DNA of 64,000 nucleotides. Source: an uncultured Gemmatimonadales bacterium (GTDB lineage: Bacteria; Gemmatimonadota; Gemmatimonadetes; Gemmatimonadales; GWC2-71-9). The notes beneath the pieces were generated by a model. That model ran no database searches, was not told the origin of the DNA, and worked only from the letters and a program-made list of their open reading frames with translations. Position 1 is the first letter of the stretch, and the number at the start of each line of letters is the position of its first letter. Both the position numbers and the translations under genes were made by a program. Of this stretch, positions 13,570-22,833 are shown piece by piece. The DNA lies in the NCBI GenBank assembly GCA_963728915.1, contig CAVSLV010000002.1, positions 1 to 64,000 of the forward strand, read 5' to 3'.

Positions 13570-14718
13570 CTAGAACGCCCAGCCGACGCCCGAGGTAAAG
13601 TTGAATCCGTTGGGACCCTTGGCGAAGTAGAACGACACCAGCGCCTGCCGGAGCACCCGGAGTGCAATACCTCCGCCGAGTCCGGTCTTCCACCCCGAGA
13701 AGGTGAGAGGCCCTCCCATGGGCCCATCATAGACCCCGCCGCCATCGACGAAGGCGAGCAGGGTGAGCGCACCGTAATCGCCGCCATCCACCAGGTCATA
13801 ACGCGCTTCGGCGCTGGTGAGGACGACCCGCCGGCCAACCAGACGCCCGCGCACGTAGCCCCGGTTGCTGTCGAAGCCTCCATACACCGACACCCCGCGC
13901 TCCCATTCGGGAAATTCGTACCGGGCATCGAGCGGTGCGTTCTGGCCGAGGCTGCTGAACCCGGCTCGTGCCGCGAGGACGAAGCCACGCCGCACCGAGA
14001 CATACCCGCGGGCGTGTCCATAGACGCCGGCGTAGCCGGATCCGCATGGCGCGTCGCAATAGCGTCCGCTGCCACCGAGAACTCCGGCTTCGACCAGGAG
14101 GCCCTTTGCCGGGAACAGCTCGCGATCGCGGGTGTCGAGTATGAGGGTGAGTCGGGCGGTGGCGTCGGTGCCACCCAGATTGGCCGGATGATCAAGGGCG
14201 AACAGGTTGTCCCCATCGAGTCCCGTGAAACGGAAGTGGGTGACTCCCGCGGCCAGGGAAGCGTGCACCGGCCCTTTGATCAGGCGGGTGATCTCGGCGC
14301 GGCCGTAATACTGGGTCCGTTTGACCCGGAAGTACTCGCTGGGAAAGGCATCGGGATCGAGACCGGCATCTCCGCCGGGTCCCACCCCGTAATACCCGAA
14401 CCGTCCTTCCCGCACCGCGCCTGCATCGGCGGCAAGCCGCCAGTTCGGATTGAGTCCGGGCGCCCGCGCCTTGAGCGTCAACCATCGCGAGCCGCGGGTG
14501 CCCCAGGCGCCTTCCGCGCCCACGTACCAGTCCTGGGCATAGCGCGAGTTGTACTCCGCCTGTCGAGCGAATTGCCAATGCCCGAGCACCAGAAGACCGT
14601 TGTTGGGATCGCCGAGCAGATAGGGAAACCAGTCCATGCGAGGCGGGATGGTCTCGTCCTGCGCGGCCAGCGAGCCGGCACCACAGACGAGCAGGAGGAT
14701 CGGCAGGCAGCGTCGCAT
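13570..14718 (-). CDS. Omp85/BamA-TamA-like outer-membrane beta-barrel without POTRA domains
   Basis: Signal peptide, DTRDRELFP, NRGY..GR loop motif, C-terminal GWAF. Confidence 0.75.
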   Translation of the reverse strand: MRRCLPILLLVCGAGSLAAQDETIPPRMDWFPYLLGDPNNGLLVLGHWQFARQAEYNSRYAQDWYVGAEGAWGTRGSRWLTLKARAPGLNPNWRLAADAGAVREGRFGYYGVGPGGDAGLDPDAFPSEYFRVKRTQYYGRAEITRLIKGPVHASLAAGVTHFRFTGLDGDNLFALDHPANLGGTDATARLTLILDTRDRELFPAKGLLVEAGVLGGSGRYCDAPCGSGYAGVYGHARGYVSVRRGFVLAARAGFSSLGQNAPLDARYEFPEWERGVSVYGGFDSNRGYVRGRLVGRRVVLTSAEARYDLVDGGDYGALTLLAFVDGGGVYDGPMGGPLTFSGWKTGLGGGIALRVLRQALVSFYFAKGPNGFNFTSGVGWAF

Positions 14719-14719
14719 G

Positions 14720-15727
14720 CTATGGCCCGGGATAGAGCGTGGCGGCATCGAGTAATCGGGGGCCCTTCTCGTCGCAGACGGCGTATTTCGCCGGGAACAT
14801 GGAGGCGGCACCGAACTCGCCCCGCTTGTTCAAGGCATAGAAGGTGAGTTGGGGCGGCCGTCCCTGTGCGTCGCGCTTGTTGTCGGGACAAATGGTAACC
14901 ACCCGGCGCAGGGTGGCCATACACGCATCAGTGGGACTCTTGCCCTGGCGCATGAACTCGACCGTCAGAAACCCGCCGCACACCATGATGTTGAGCTCGC
15001 CCAGCCCGGTGGACCCGGCGGCGCCGATCTCGTTGTCGGTGTACTGCCCGGCTCCCACGATCGGGGAGTCGCCGGCCCGGCCCGGGATTTTCCAGGCGAG
15101 CCCGGCGGTGGTGGTGACCGACGAGATGTCGGCTTTGTCGTTGATCGCGTTGAGGTTGATGGTGCCGGTCGGACGGATGCCGACCGGCGCGCCCTCGGGA
15201 ACGTCCATCCAGCTGTCGCTCTTGCCACGGTTGGCGCGCCAGCGCAGCCACTTCTCGCGGGAGGAGGGAGTCAGCAGGTCCTCTTCCTTGAAGCCGTAGG
15301 AAAGCGCGAACTGTTTGGCGCCCTCACCCACCAGCAGGATATGATCGGTGTACTTGAGCACCAGTCGGGCGACTTCGCTGGCGGTCTTGATGCCCTCGAG
15401 CGCGGCCACCGCCCCGGCGCGCCGGGTCGGACCGTGGACGCAGCTCGCATCGAGCTGCACCACGCCGTTTTCGTTGGGAAGACCGCCGTAGCCGACCGAC
15501 TCGTCGGTCGGATCCAGCTCCTGGATCTTCACCCCCTCGACCGCGGCATCGAGCGTGTCGGTGCCCTGGGTCATCAGCTGCATCGCCCGCTCGACGCCCC
15601 GGATCCCGTTGGCGGATGCCACCGTGGCAAACCGCGCCAGCGGGACACGGCGGATCCACGGCGCAGCGGCCGGCCCGGCCACCGCCGCGGCGGCGGTTCC
15701 CAGAAAATCACGGCGGGTGACGGACAT
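14720..15727 (-). CDS. Tat-exported N(4)-(beta-N-acetylglucosaminyl)-L-asparaginase / isoaspartyl peptidase (Ntn hydrolase)
   Basis: TRRDFL Tat motif, SVGYGGLPN, LDAS, GTI nucleophile site, PGRAGDSPIVGAG. Confidence 0.9.
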   Translation of the reverse strand: MSVTRRDFLGTAAAAVAGPAAAPWIRRVPLARFATVASANGIRGVERAMQLMTQGTDTLDAAVEGVKIQELDPTDESVGYGGLPNENGVVQLDASCVHGPTRRAGAVAALEGIKTASEVARLVLKYTDHILLVGEGAKQFALSYGFKEEDLLTPSSREKWLRWRANRGKSDSWMDVPEGAPVGIRPTGTINLNAINDKADISSVTTTAGLAWKIPGRAGDSPIVGAGQYTDNEIGAAGSTGLGELNIMVCGGFLTVEFMRQGKSPTDACMATLRRVVTICPDNKRDAQGRPPQLTFYALNKRGEFGAASMFPAKYAVCDEKGPRLLDAATLYPGP

Positions 15728-15870
15728 GGAGATCCTCGGCGGATTCGGGAGGCTGGAATCAGCGCCCGGGTGCGGGTTCTGTCAACTTGCCGCACCGGGT
15801 GCGGGACTCTACCTTCGATCCGTGCTGGTGCCGCCCGAATCATCTCCCCTCCTCCTCTGACCCTGCTCCG

Positions 15871-16938
15871 GTGACTGCGACCTCGCCCCGCCCCCGGCTC
15901 GACCCGGCGATCTTCAACCTGCCGGTCGACAAGATGCGCGCGGGGTACTACTCCGATAAGTACTTCACCCGGGCCCGGGAAATCCTGCTCGCGGATGGCA
16001 TGCGCTCGCGGGTTACCATGCAGGTGTTCGGCAAGGCCCCTGCGTATCTCGGCGGGATCGATGAGGCCATCGCGATCCTGAAGCTCTGCGCCATTGAATG
16101 GGACGATCTCCAAGTCTGGGCCCTGCACGATGGCGACCCGGTGGCCCCGTGGGAAACCGTCCTGATGATCGAGGGGCCCTATCACGCCTTCGCCCACCTG
16201 GAAACGCTCTACCTCGGCGTCCTGGCGCGGCGGACCCGGGTGGGCACCAACACGCGGCGGGTGGTGGAAGCCGCGCGGCCCAAGGAAGTCATGTTCTTTC
16301 CCGCCCGCCACGATCACTGGATTGTGCAGACCGGGGATGGCTACGCGGCCCACATCGCCGGTGCGATCGGGGTATCCACCGACGCCCAGGCGTCCTGGTG
16401 GGGCAGCGAGGGCGTCGGCACGGTGCCCCACGCGCTGATCGCCGCCTACGGCGGCGACACCGTGCGGGCGACCCTCAAGTTCTCCGAGCACATCGATCCG
16501 TCAGTCCGGCTGGTGACGCTGGTCGACTTCGACAACGATTGCGTCGGCACCTCGCTCCAGGTGGCCCGCGCGCTGGGCGACCGGCTCTACGGGGTGCGGC
16601 TCGACACCAGCGAGATGCTGGTGGATCGCTCAGTGGTCTCCCAGATGGGAACCTTCCGCCCCACCGGGGTATGTCCCCAGCTGGTGCGGAACGTCCGGGA
16701 AGCGCTCGACGCCGAGGGATTCTCCCAGGTGAAGATCATTGTGTCGGGAGGCTTCACCGTGGAGAAGATCCAGGAGTTCACCCGGCTCGGCGTGCCGGTG
16801 GATGCCTATGGGGTGGGGAGCTCGCTCTTTCAGGGCCGATTCGATTTTACCGCGGACGTGGTGCGGCTCGAGGGGAAGCCCTGCGCCAAGGTGGGCCGGG
16901 AATACCGGCCGAGTCCCCGGCTCGAGCCGGTGCAATAA
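15871..16938 (+). CDS. Nicotinate phosphoribosyltransferase-like (type II PRTase)
   Basis: YSDKYF, GTVPHALI, LVDFDND, GVRLDTS, IIVSGG, YGVGS; adjacent nicotinamidase. Start (GTG) is uncertain. Confidence 0.85.
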   Translation: MTATSPRPRLDPAIFNLPVDKMRAGYYSDKYFTRAREILLADGMRSRVTMQVFGKAPAYLGGIDEAIAILKLCAIEWDDLQVWALHDGDPVAPWETVLMIEGPYHAFAHLETLYLGVLARRTRVGTNTRRVVEAARPKEVMFFPARHDHWIVQTGDGYAAHIAGAIGVSTDAQASWWGSEGVGTVPHALIAAYGGDTVRATLKFSEHIDPSVRLVTLVDFDNDCVGTSLQVARALGDRLYGVRLDTSEMLVDRSVVSQMGTFRPTGVCPQLVRNVREALDAEGFSQVKIIVSGGFTVEKIQEFTRLGVPVDAYGVGSSLFQGRFDFTADVVRLEGKPCAKVGREYRPSPRLEPVQ

Positions 16939-16939
16939 C

Positions 16940-17566
16940 ATGGCGACGGTCTTCTGGGACGTCGATACCCAATTCGATTTCATGCGAAGCGACGGCCGGC
17001 TGTACGTCCCGGGCAGCGAGGAGATCATTCCGATGCTGGCCCGGCTCACCCGGTTTGCCCACGACCACGGGATCCGGATCGTCGCGAGCGCGGACGATCA
17101 CGTGCCCGGCCACCGGGAACTCTCGTCCCAGCCGGATTGGAAGGAAACGTTCCCGGATCATTGCCTGCGAGGCACTCCGGGGCAACGCAAGATTCCCGAG
17201 ACGGCGCTGCGTAACCCGCTGGTGATCGAGCCCGACCCGGAGAACCCGACCCGGCTGGCCGAGCGGGCAACCCGGCATGACGGCGATTTCCTGTTCCACA
17301 AGCACTGGTTCGACGTCTTTACCAATCCCAATGTGCTGCCGGTGGTGGACGCGCTCGCCCCGGACCGGATCGTGCTCTACGGCGTGGCGACCGATGTGTG
17401 CGATCGCTACGCGATCGAGGGACTGCTCCGGCACCGTCCCGGCATCCCGCTCACGGTGGTGACCGATGCTCAACGGGCGATCGACCCCGCCCAGGGTGAG
17501 CGCCTTCTGGACGCATGGCAACGGCGGGGAGTGACCCTCGCCTCCGGCGCCGAGGTGATGACATGA
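16940..17566 (+). CDS. pncA: Nicotinamidase/pyrazinamidase (isochorismatase family)
   Basis: DVDTQFDF, DDH, FPDHCLRGTPG, K, GVATDVC (D/K/C triad). Confidence 0.85.
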   Translation: MATVFWDVDTQFDFMRSDGRLYVPGSEEIIPMLARLTRFAHDHGIRIVASADDHVPGHRELSSQPDWKETFPDHCLRGTPGQRKIPETALRNPLVIEPDPENPTRLAERATRHDGDFLFHKHWFDVFTNPNVLPVVDALAPDRIVLYGVATDVCDRYAIEGLLRHRPGIPLTVVTDAQRAIDPAQGERLLDAWQRRGVTLASGAEVMT

Positions 17567-18670
17567 GCTTTGGCACCAATTTTCTCCCCGGCCCCACCGA
17601 CATTCACCCCGATGTTCTGGCCGCGCAGGCGCAGCCGATGTTCTCGCATCGGAGCCCGCGGATGCGCCAGCTTCTCGAAGACGTGGAGCCCGGTCTTCAG
17701 GAATGTTTCGGGACCCAGCAGCCGGTTTTCTTTCAGACCTGCTCGGGCACGGGACTCCTCGAAGTGGCGATGCGGAACGGGGTACGGCGGCGGGTGCTGG
17801 TCGTGGTGGGCGGCTACTTCGGGGAATACTCGGCCCGGATCGCGGAAGGATGCGGCAAGGAAGTGGTGCGTCTCCATGTCCATCCCGGCTCGGCGATCAC
17901 ACCCGAACAGCTCGACGAATTCCTCGACGGTCCGCCGGTGGACGCGGTCCTGGTGGTACACTCGGAGTCCTCCACCGGCGCGCTCGCCGACATCCCCGCG
18001 CTCGCGGAGGTCGTACATCGGCGGGAGGACGTGCTCCTGCTGGTGGATGGCGTCACCTCGGTGGGCGCAATGCCGATCGGGATGGACCGCTCGGGCGCCG
18101 ACTACTACTGCACCGGCTCGCAAAAGGCGCTGGCGCTGCCCCCCGGTCTTGCCTTCGGCGTCGCGAGCGAAGCGTTCCGCGGCCCGCGCGGAACGCCAGG
18201 ACGATGCGGGATATTACTTCTCGGCCCGCCGGCTCATCTCCATCGCGCGGGACCATATGCCATGGTGGACCCCGGCGGTGTCGCTGCTGCTCTCGCTCGA
18301 GTGCCAGATGCGGCGGATTCAGCAGAATGGCGGGTGGGCGGCTCGATGGGCACGCCACGCCCGCATGCGACAGATGGTGGACCAGTGGATCGCGTCGCGC
18401 GGGGAGCTTCGGTTGATGACCCCGGAAGGCGTGGCCCGTTCTCCGGCCATCTCATCGGTCGTGCTCCCCGAGCGTTTTCGCGGCGGGCGGGTCGTCGAGG
18501 AGCTGGAGCGGCGGGGTTATCTGGTCGGCGGTGCGCTGGATCCGCGCTACGGGGAAATCGTACGAATCGGTCACATGGGTGATCTTGAACCGGTCCATCT
18601 CGAGCGGCTGTTGTCGGAAATCGAAACAATTCTCCAGGAGATGGGTTCGTTGTCTGAAAACCGGCGCTGA
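17563..18670 (+). pseudogene. Class V aminotransferase (serine/alanine-glyoxylate type) split by a frameshift at ~18178
   Basis: N-half (FLPGPT, HSESSTG, VDGVTS, GSQKALALPPG) is in one frame. C-half (YYFS, TPAVSLL, RSPAIS, RIGHMG) is in the +1 frame. Could be a sequencing error. Confidence 0.85.
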
Positions 18671-18740
18671 TCACGCCGCGCCCCTGTGCATTGGCATCGC
18701 GAAGGCACGTCCTTCCGATACTTCTCACAGGAGTTTGTCC

Positions 18741-19529
18741 ATGCAGTTCGATCGTGCTCTCCGATTGTCCCTTCTCGCGATCGGCCTCGGTATCGCGGGA
18801 TGCAGCAAGGATGAAACCGGCCCGTCCAACGATCCGAACCTGAACGAAGATCTTGCCACCAGCGTCGGATTCAACACCGCCCAGGACGCAAAGCTGGTCA
18901 CCAATCCCGGATTCATCGACGGATCCATCGGGGCGGGCAACGAATTCCGGGTGACCGCGTGCACCTTCACGGCGTCGTCCGGTCGCTTCGAATGTCCATC
19001 GGAAACCTGGCTCGGCTTCACGCTGACCCGGAGCTACACCTTCAGCGACGGGTCCGGCACGCCGCTCACCACCTTCGATCCGAACCAGATCGCGTCGTTC
19101 AACGTCCGCGCCGGGCTTACCGGCAATGCGAGCCTGGGAAACTGGAGCGGGACGATCGACTGGCAGCGGGATTTCAGCGTGACCGGACTCTCGCCCACGG
19201 CGACCAGCTGGACCTGGAACGGGACCGGCACCGCGACCATCACCTCGAGCCGGACCACGGTGGGGGGAGACACCCGGACCTATAACCTGGATCTCACCAC
19301 CCAGGTGAACGATCTGGTGGTTCCCTATCCGCTGAGCGCCGGGCAATACCCGACTTCGGGGTCGATCACCAAGAACGTCTCGGTGACCTACATCGGAGGG
19401 AAGTTCGACGGACAGACCACGACCCGAACGGTGACCGCGACCTTCAACGGCACCCAGACGGCCCGGCTCACCATCGGCTCCACCGAATGGGACCTCAACC
19501 TGGCGACCGGAGCGGTCACCAGGATCTAA
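18741..19529 (+). CDS. Thr-rich all-beta lipoprotein, unknown function
   Basis: AGGAG SD, lipobox IAGC, strong GC3 codon bias. Confidence 0.8.
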   Translation: MQFDRALRLSLLAIGLGIAGCSKDETGPSNDPNLNEDLATSVGFNTAQDAKLVTNPGFIDGSIGAGNEFRVTACTFTASSGRFECPSETWLGFTLTRSYTFSDGSGTPLTTFDPNQIASFNVRAGLTGNASLGNWSGTIDWQRDFSVTGLSPTATSWTWNGTGTATITSSRTTVGGDTRTYNLDLTTQVNDLVVPYPLSAGQYPTSGSITKNVSVTYIGGKFDGQTTTRTVTATFNGTQTARLTIGSTEWDLNLATGAVTRI

Positions 19530-19539
19530 CCGGCGGACA

Positions 19540-19592
19540 AAATGGGGTCAGACTCCAATTAACCCTCGGCTAATTGGAGTCTGACCCCATTT
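19540..19592. repeat. 22-bp perfect inverted repeat (REP-like GGGGTCAGACTCC family); probable bidirectional terminator
   Basis: AAATGGGGTCAGACTCCAATTA-N9-TAATTGGAGTCTGACCCCATTT between convergent genes. Confidence 0.9.
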
Positions 19593-19595
19593 CTA

Positions 19596-21227
19596 TCAGA
19601 TCTCTCCGCGCTTGGCGAGATCCGCGATTCGCTCACCGGCGCGGAAGGCCAGGGCCATGATCGTCATGGTCGGCTGGCCGCGCCCCGACGTCACCATGCT
19701 GCTTCCGTCGCACAGGAACAGATTGGGGACGTCGTGGGTGCGGTGGTCGGGGTTGATCACCGAGGCCTTCGGGTCCTTGCCCATGCGGCAGGTGCCGAGC
19801 AGGTGCGCGGTCCCGCCTGATACCCCGGCGTCCGGGCCCCAGACTTTCTGGGCGCCCGCCGCGTCGAGAATCTCCCGGGACCGCTCGATCATGAACTGCA
19901 TGATCTTGATGTCGTCGGGGTGATCGGTGTAGGTGATCCGGAGCGCGGGAAGCCCCCAGTCGTCCTTAACGGTGGGATCGAGCGTGACCCGGTTGCTCTC
20001 CACCGGGAGCGACGTGGTATGCCCGGCCGACATCATGGTGCGGTTGAAGTAATCGGCCAGCATGTGCTTGTAGCCGCTGCCCCACTGGGGTGCATCCTGG
20101 GGCAACCCGCCCAGGCCCCAGACGATCGGGTACTGCTGGAACCGGGCGTCGATGCCGCCGCCGCCGTAGAAGCCCCGCTTGGGATCGCTGTCGTAGAAAT
20201 CATGCATGTTCCGGGTGACCTGCACGCTCTTGAACTCATTGAGCGGATGCTCGAACAAGCCCAGCGTGCCGGTGTTGCCGTTGAACATCAGATGCTTCCC
20301 GACATACCCGCTCGAGTTGGCCAGCCCGTCGGGAAACCGGCTGGAGGAGGACATCAGCAGAAGCCGGGGGGTTTCGGCGCCGTTGCAGGAGAGAATCACC
20401 GCGCGGGCGGGCTGGAACTGCTCCTTCTTGTCGGCGTCGAAGTAGGTCACCCCGGTGGTCCGGCCCTTCGGGTCCATTTCGACCCGTCGGACATAGCTGT
20501 TCGGACGCACTTCGCACTTGCCGGTCGCTTCGGCCACTGGAATCACCGACGCGAGGCTCGAGCTCTTGGCGCCGAACTCGCATCCGAACCCGATGCAGTA
20601 CCCGCAATGCTGGCACGGGGTGCGGCCATTGTGGGGCTGGGAGATGATCGCCATCGGGGCCGGCTGGGCATGATAGCCCAGCTTCTTGCAGCCCTTCTCG
20701 AAGAGGACCCCGGAGGATTTCACCGGGAGCGGCGGGAGTGGATAGGGCTTCGAGCGGGGCGGATCGAACGGTCCGGGCACGCCGGACACGCCGACCTCCC
20801 AGTCCACCATGGTGTAGTAAGGCTCGAGATCGGCGTAGCTGATCGGCCAGTCGGCGAGGTTGGCTCCCGGCACCGCACCCAGCGTGCTCCGTTCGATGAA
20901 ATCGATTTCGTGGAGCCGCCAATAGTTCGCGGTGAAGTGGACGCTGCTCCCGCCTACGATGCTCGCCCGGAAGATCCCGCCGGCCCCGACCCGGGCTTCT
21001 TCCTTGGGCGTCTTGCGCCAGGTGACCGGGGTTTTGGGGGCAAGCTCGCTGTTCAGCCAGTAGGCAAATTCGTCGTGCTTGAACTCCGAGGGCGTCATCC
21101 GGGGTCCCATCTCCATCAGGACCACCGAGTACCCCCGGGTGGAAAGCTGCTTCGCGACAACGCCGCCGGCAGCACCTGACCCGACGATGATGAAGTCGAC
21201 GGTCTCGTTGAGTGGGTATTTCATCAT
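19596..21227 (-). CDS. GMC family flavoprotein oxidoreductase (gluconate 2-dehydrogenase-like large subunit)
   Basis: IVGSGAAGG, VGGSSVHF, CQHCGYCIGFGC, HLLGTCRMG, QPTMTIMALA. Confidence 0.92.
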   Translation of the reverse strand: MMKYPLNETVDFIIVGSGAAGGVVAKQLSTRGYSVVLMEMGPRMTPSEFKHDEFAYWLNSELAPKTPVTWRKTPKEEARVGAGGIFRASIVGGSSVHFTANYWRLHEIDFIERSTLGAVPGANLADWPISYADLEPYYTMVDWEVGVSGVPGPFDPPRSKPYPLPPLPVKSSGVLFEKGCKKLGYHAQPAPMAIISQPHNGRTPCQHCGYCIGFGCEFGAKSSSLASVIPVAEATGKCEVRPNSYVRRVEMDPKGRTTGVTYFDADKKEQFQPARAVILSCNGAETPRLLLMSSSSRFPDGLANSSGYVGKHLMFNGNTGTLGLFEHPLNEFKSVQVTRNMHDFYDSDPKRGFYGGGGIDARFQQYPIVWGLGGLPQDAPQWGSGYKHMLADYFNRTMMSAGHTTSLPVESNRVTLDPTVKDDWGLPALRITYTDHPDDIKIMQFMIERSREILDAAGAQKVWGPDAGVSGGTAHLLGTCRMGKDPKASVINPDHRTHDVPNLFLCDGSSMVTSGRGQPTMTIMALAFRAGERIADLAKRGEI

Positions 21228-21805
21228 TGCCCTTTCATCGCTTCGGCGTCGTAGTACCCGAAGGGCGGCTGATAGATGCCATGGGCCTCGAAGCCGAGGA
21301 GCTTCCAGCCGGTCTGATTCAGATTCCCACCGTAGGATGGATTGCCGAACATTCCGACGATGGTCGCCGAGCGGATGGCGCCGAAGAAGGGGCCCTGTTC
21401 GATGGACTTGAGCAACTCATCCTGACGTTCGGGGGTGAGCGAAGCGAATGACGTGGTCCCGGCCCATTTCGCGGCCGCTTTCTGGTTCAGGTCGGCCAGT
21501 CCCATGAGCAGGAGCGGCTTCTGCGGGGCAGCGAACGTTTCCAGCGACTTGTCGATGAAATGCACCGCCCCGGCCTCTTTGGCCCCGGGGGTATCGTCGG
21601 TGGGGAAAATCCGTATGGTGATGGCTTCGATATCGGCCGCCTGCGCCGCGGTCAGCGAGACAAACTGATGTGGCGGCGGCGAGGCCACCGCCGCGCGCGC
21701 GTGCGCCAGTGCGGCGTGGAGCTTGTCCGGATCGGCGAGAAACCAGGCGGCGCCAGCCGCGCCGGTCGCGGCGAGGAAGGCTCGGCGGGAAACAGCGTCG
21801 TTCAT
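21224..21805 (-). CDS. Gluconate 2-dehydrogenase subunit 3 family (Tat-exported partner subunit)
   Basis: SRRAFL, IFPTDDTPGA, FID, PSYGGN..GWKLLGF. Confidence 0.88.
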   Translation of the reverse strand: MNDAVSRRAFLAATGAAGAAWFLADPDKLHAALAHARAAVASPPPHQFVSLTAAQAADIEAITIRIFPTDDTPGAKEAGAVHFIDKSLETFAAPQKPLLLMGLADLNQKAAAKWAGTTSFASLTPERQDELLKSIEQGPFFGAIRSATIVGMFGNPSYGGNLNQTGWKLLGFEAHGIYQPPFGYYDAEAMKGQ

Positions 21806-21834
21806 GGGGGCTCCGAGGGAGGAACCCGTCAAAT

Positions 21835-22767
21835 CTATCTAACGAACATGCTCTTGGCGACGAACCACACGTTCGCGGGCCGCTCGGCGAGCCGCCGCAT
21901 GTACCAGGGGAACCAGGACTTGCCGTAGCTGATCAGGGTTTTCACCACGCGGCCCTCGGCCGCGAGCTGCTTCTGTTCGGTCATCCGGATTCCGTACAGC
22001 ATGTGGATCTCGTAGCGCCCGTTGCTCACCCCGAGCTCGCCGGCTCGGGTGACGATCCGGCCCACCAGCTGCATGTCGTGGGTCCCGAAGACCGGAAGCG
22101 CATTTCCGTTCCGCGCAGCCTCCAGCATTCCCACGGCCAGGTCATAGTAGGCGCGATCCACGTCGGCCTTGTCGGGATAGGCCAGCGCCGGCGGCTCGGC
22201 GTAGGCTCCCTTCACCAGCCGGACGATGGGCTTGAGAGGAAGCAACGACGCAAGATCGGCTGGGGTACGCCGCAGATACGCCTGCATTGCCAGGCCCACG
22301 CCGGGGAACCGGCTTCGTAACCCGCGATACAGGTCCAGGGTTCGATCGACGTAGCTGGAATCCTCCATGTCGATCCAGAGGACGGTACCGCTCTCCTGGG
22401 CCTTGCGGGCCAGTACCTCCAGGTGCTCGGCGCAGTGGCGCGGGGAGAAATCGAGTCCGAGCTGGGTGGGCTTCACCGAGACGTGCGCGTTGAGCTTCCG
22501 GCTCACGATCTGGTCCAGCACGCCGAGATAGTGGTCGCGCACCTCGGCCGCCTCCGACTCGGCGGTGAGATTCTCTCCCAGCTTGGTCAGCAGGGTGCCG
22601 AGGCCCGCTGGCGCAAGCCGGGCGGCGGCGGCGAGGGCATCGTCCACTTCCTCTCCGGGCATGAACTTCCTGACGGCGCGAAGCACGAAGCGGCGTCGCA
22701 TGACGTGCTCGGCGAGCCATCGGCTCTTCGAGAGGCGGAGGAGCGTTTTCCGGGCGAGAGACGCCAT
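21835..22767 (-). CDS. Monofunctional proline dehydrogenase
   Basis: SVKPTQLG, IDMEDS, QAYLRR, RLVKGAY, GTHD, MLYGIR, YMRRLAERPAN. Confidence 0.93.
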   Translation of the reverse strand: MASLARKTLLRLSKSRWLAEHVMRRRFVLRAVRKFMPGEEVDDALAAAARLAPAGLGTLLTKLGENLTAESEAAEVRDHYLGVLDQIVSRKLNAHVSVKPTQLGLDFSPRHCAEHLEVLARKAQESGTVLWIDMEDSSYVDRTLDLYRGLRSRFPGVGLAMQAYLRRTPADLASLLPLKPIVRLVKGAYAEPPALAYPDKADVDRAYYDLAVGMLEAARNGNALPVFGTHDMQLVGRIVTRAGELGVSNGRYEIHMLYGIRMTEQKQLAAEGRVVKTLISYGKSWFPWYMRRLAERPANVWFVAKSMFVR

Positions 22768-22833
22768 AGAAGGGGTGAAATATAGCCCACGCCTTGGGCG
22801 AACCCGCCCCGATCGGCCTATCTTCGCCTTCAG

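Noticed and set aside
19540..19592. CRISPR array from the GGGGTCAG repeats
   Set aside because: The copies are inverted pairs about 29 kb apart, not direct repeats with spacers, and no cas genes are present.
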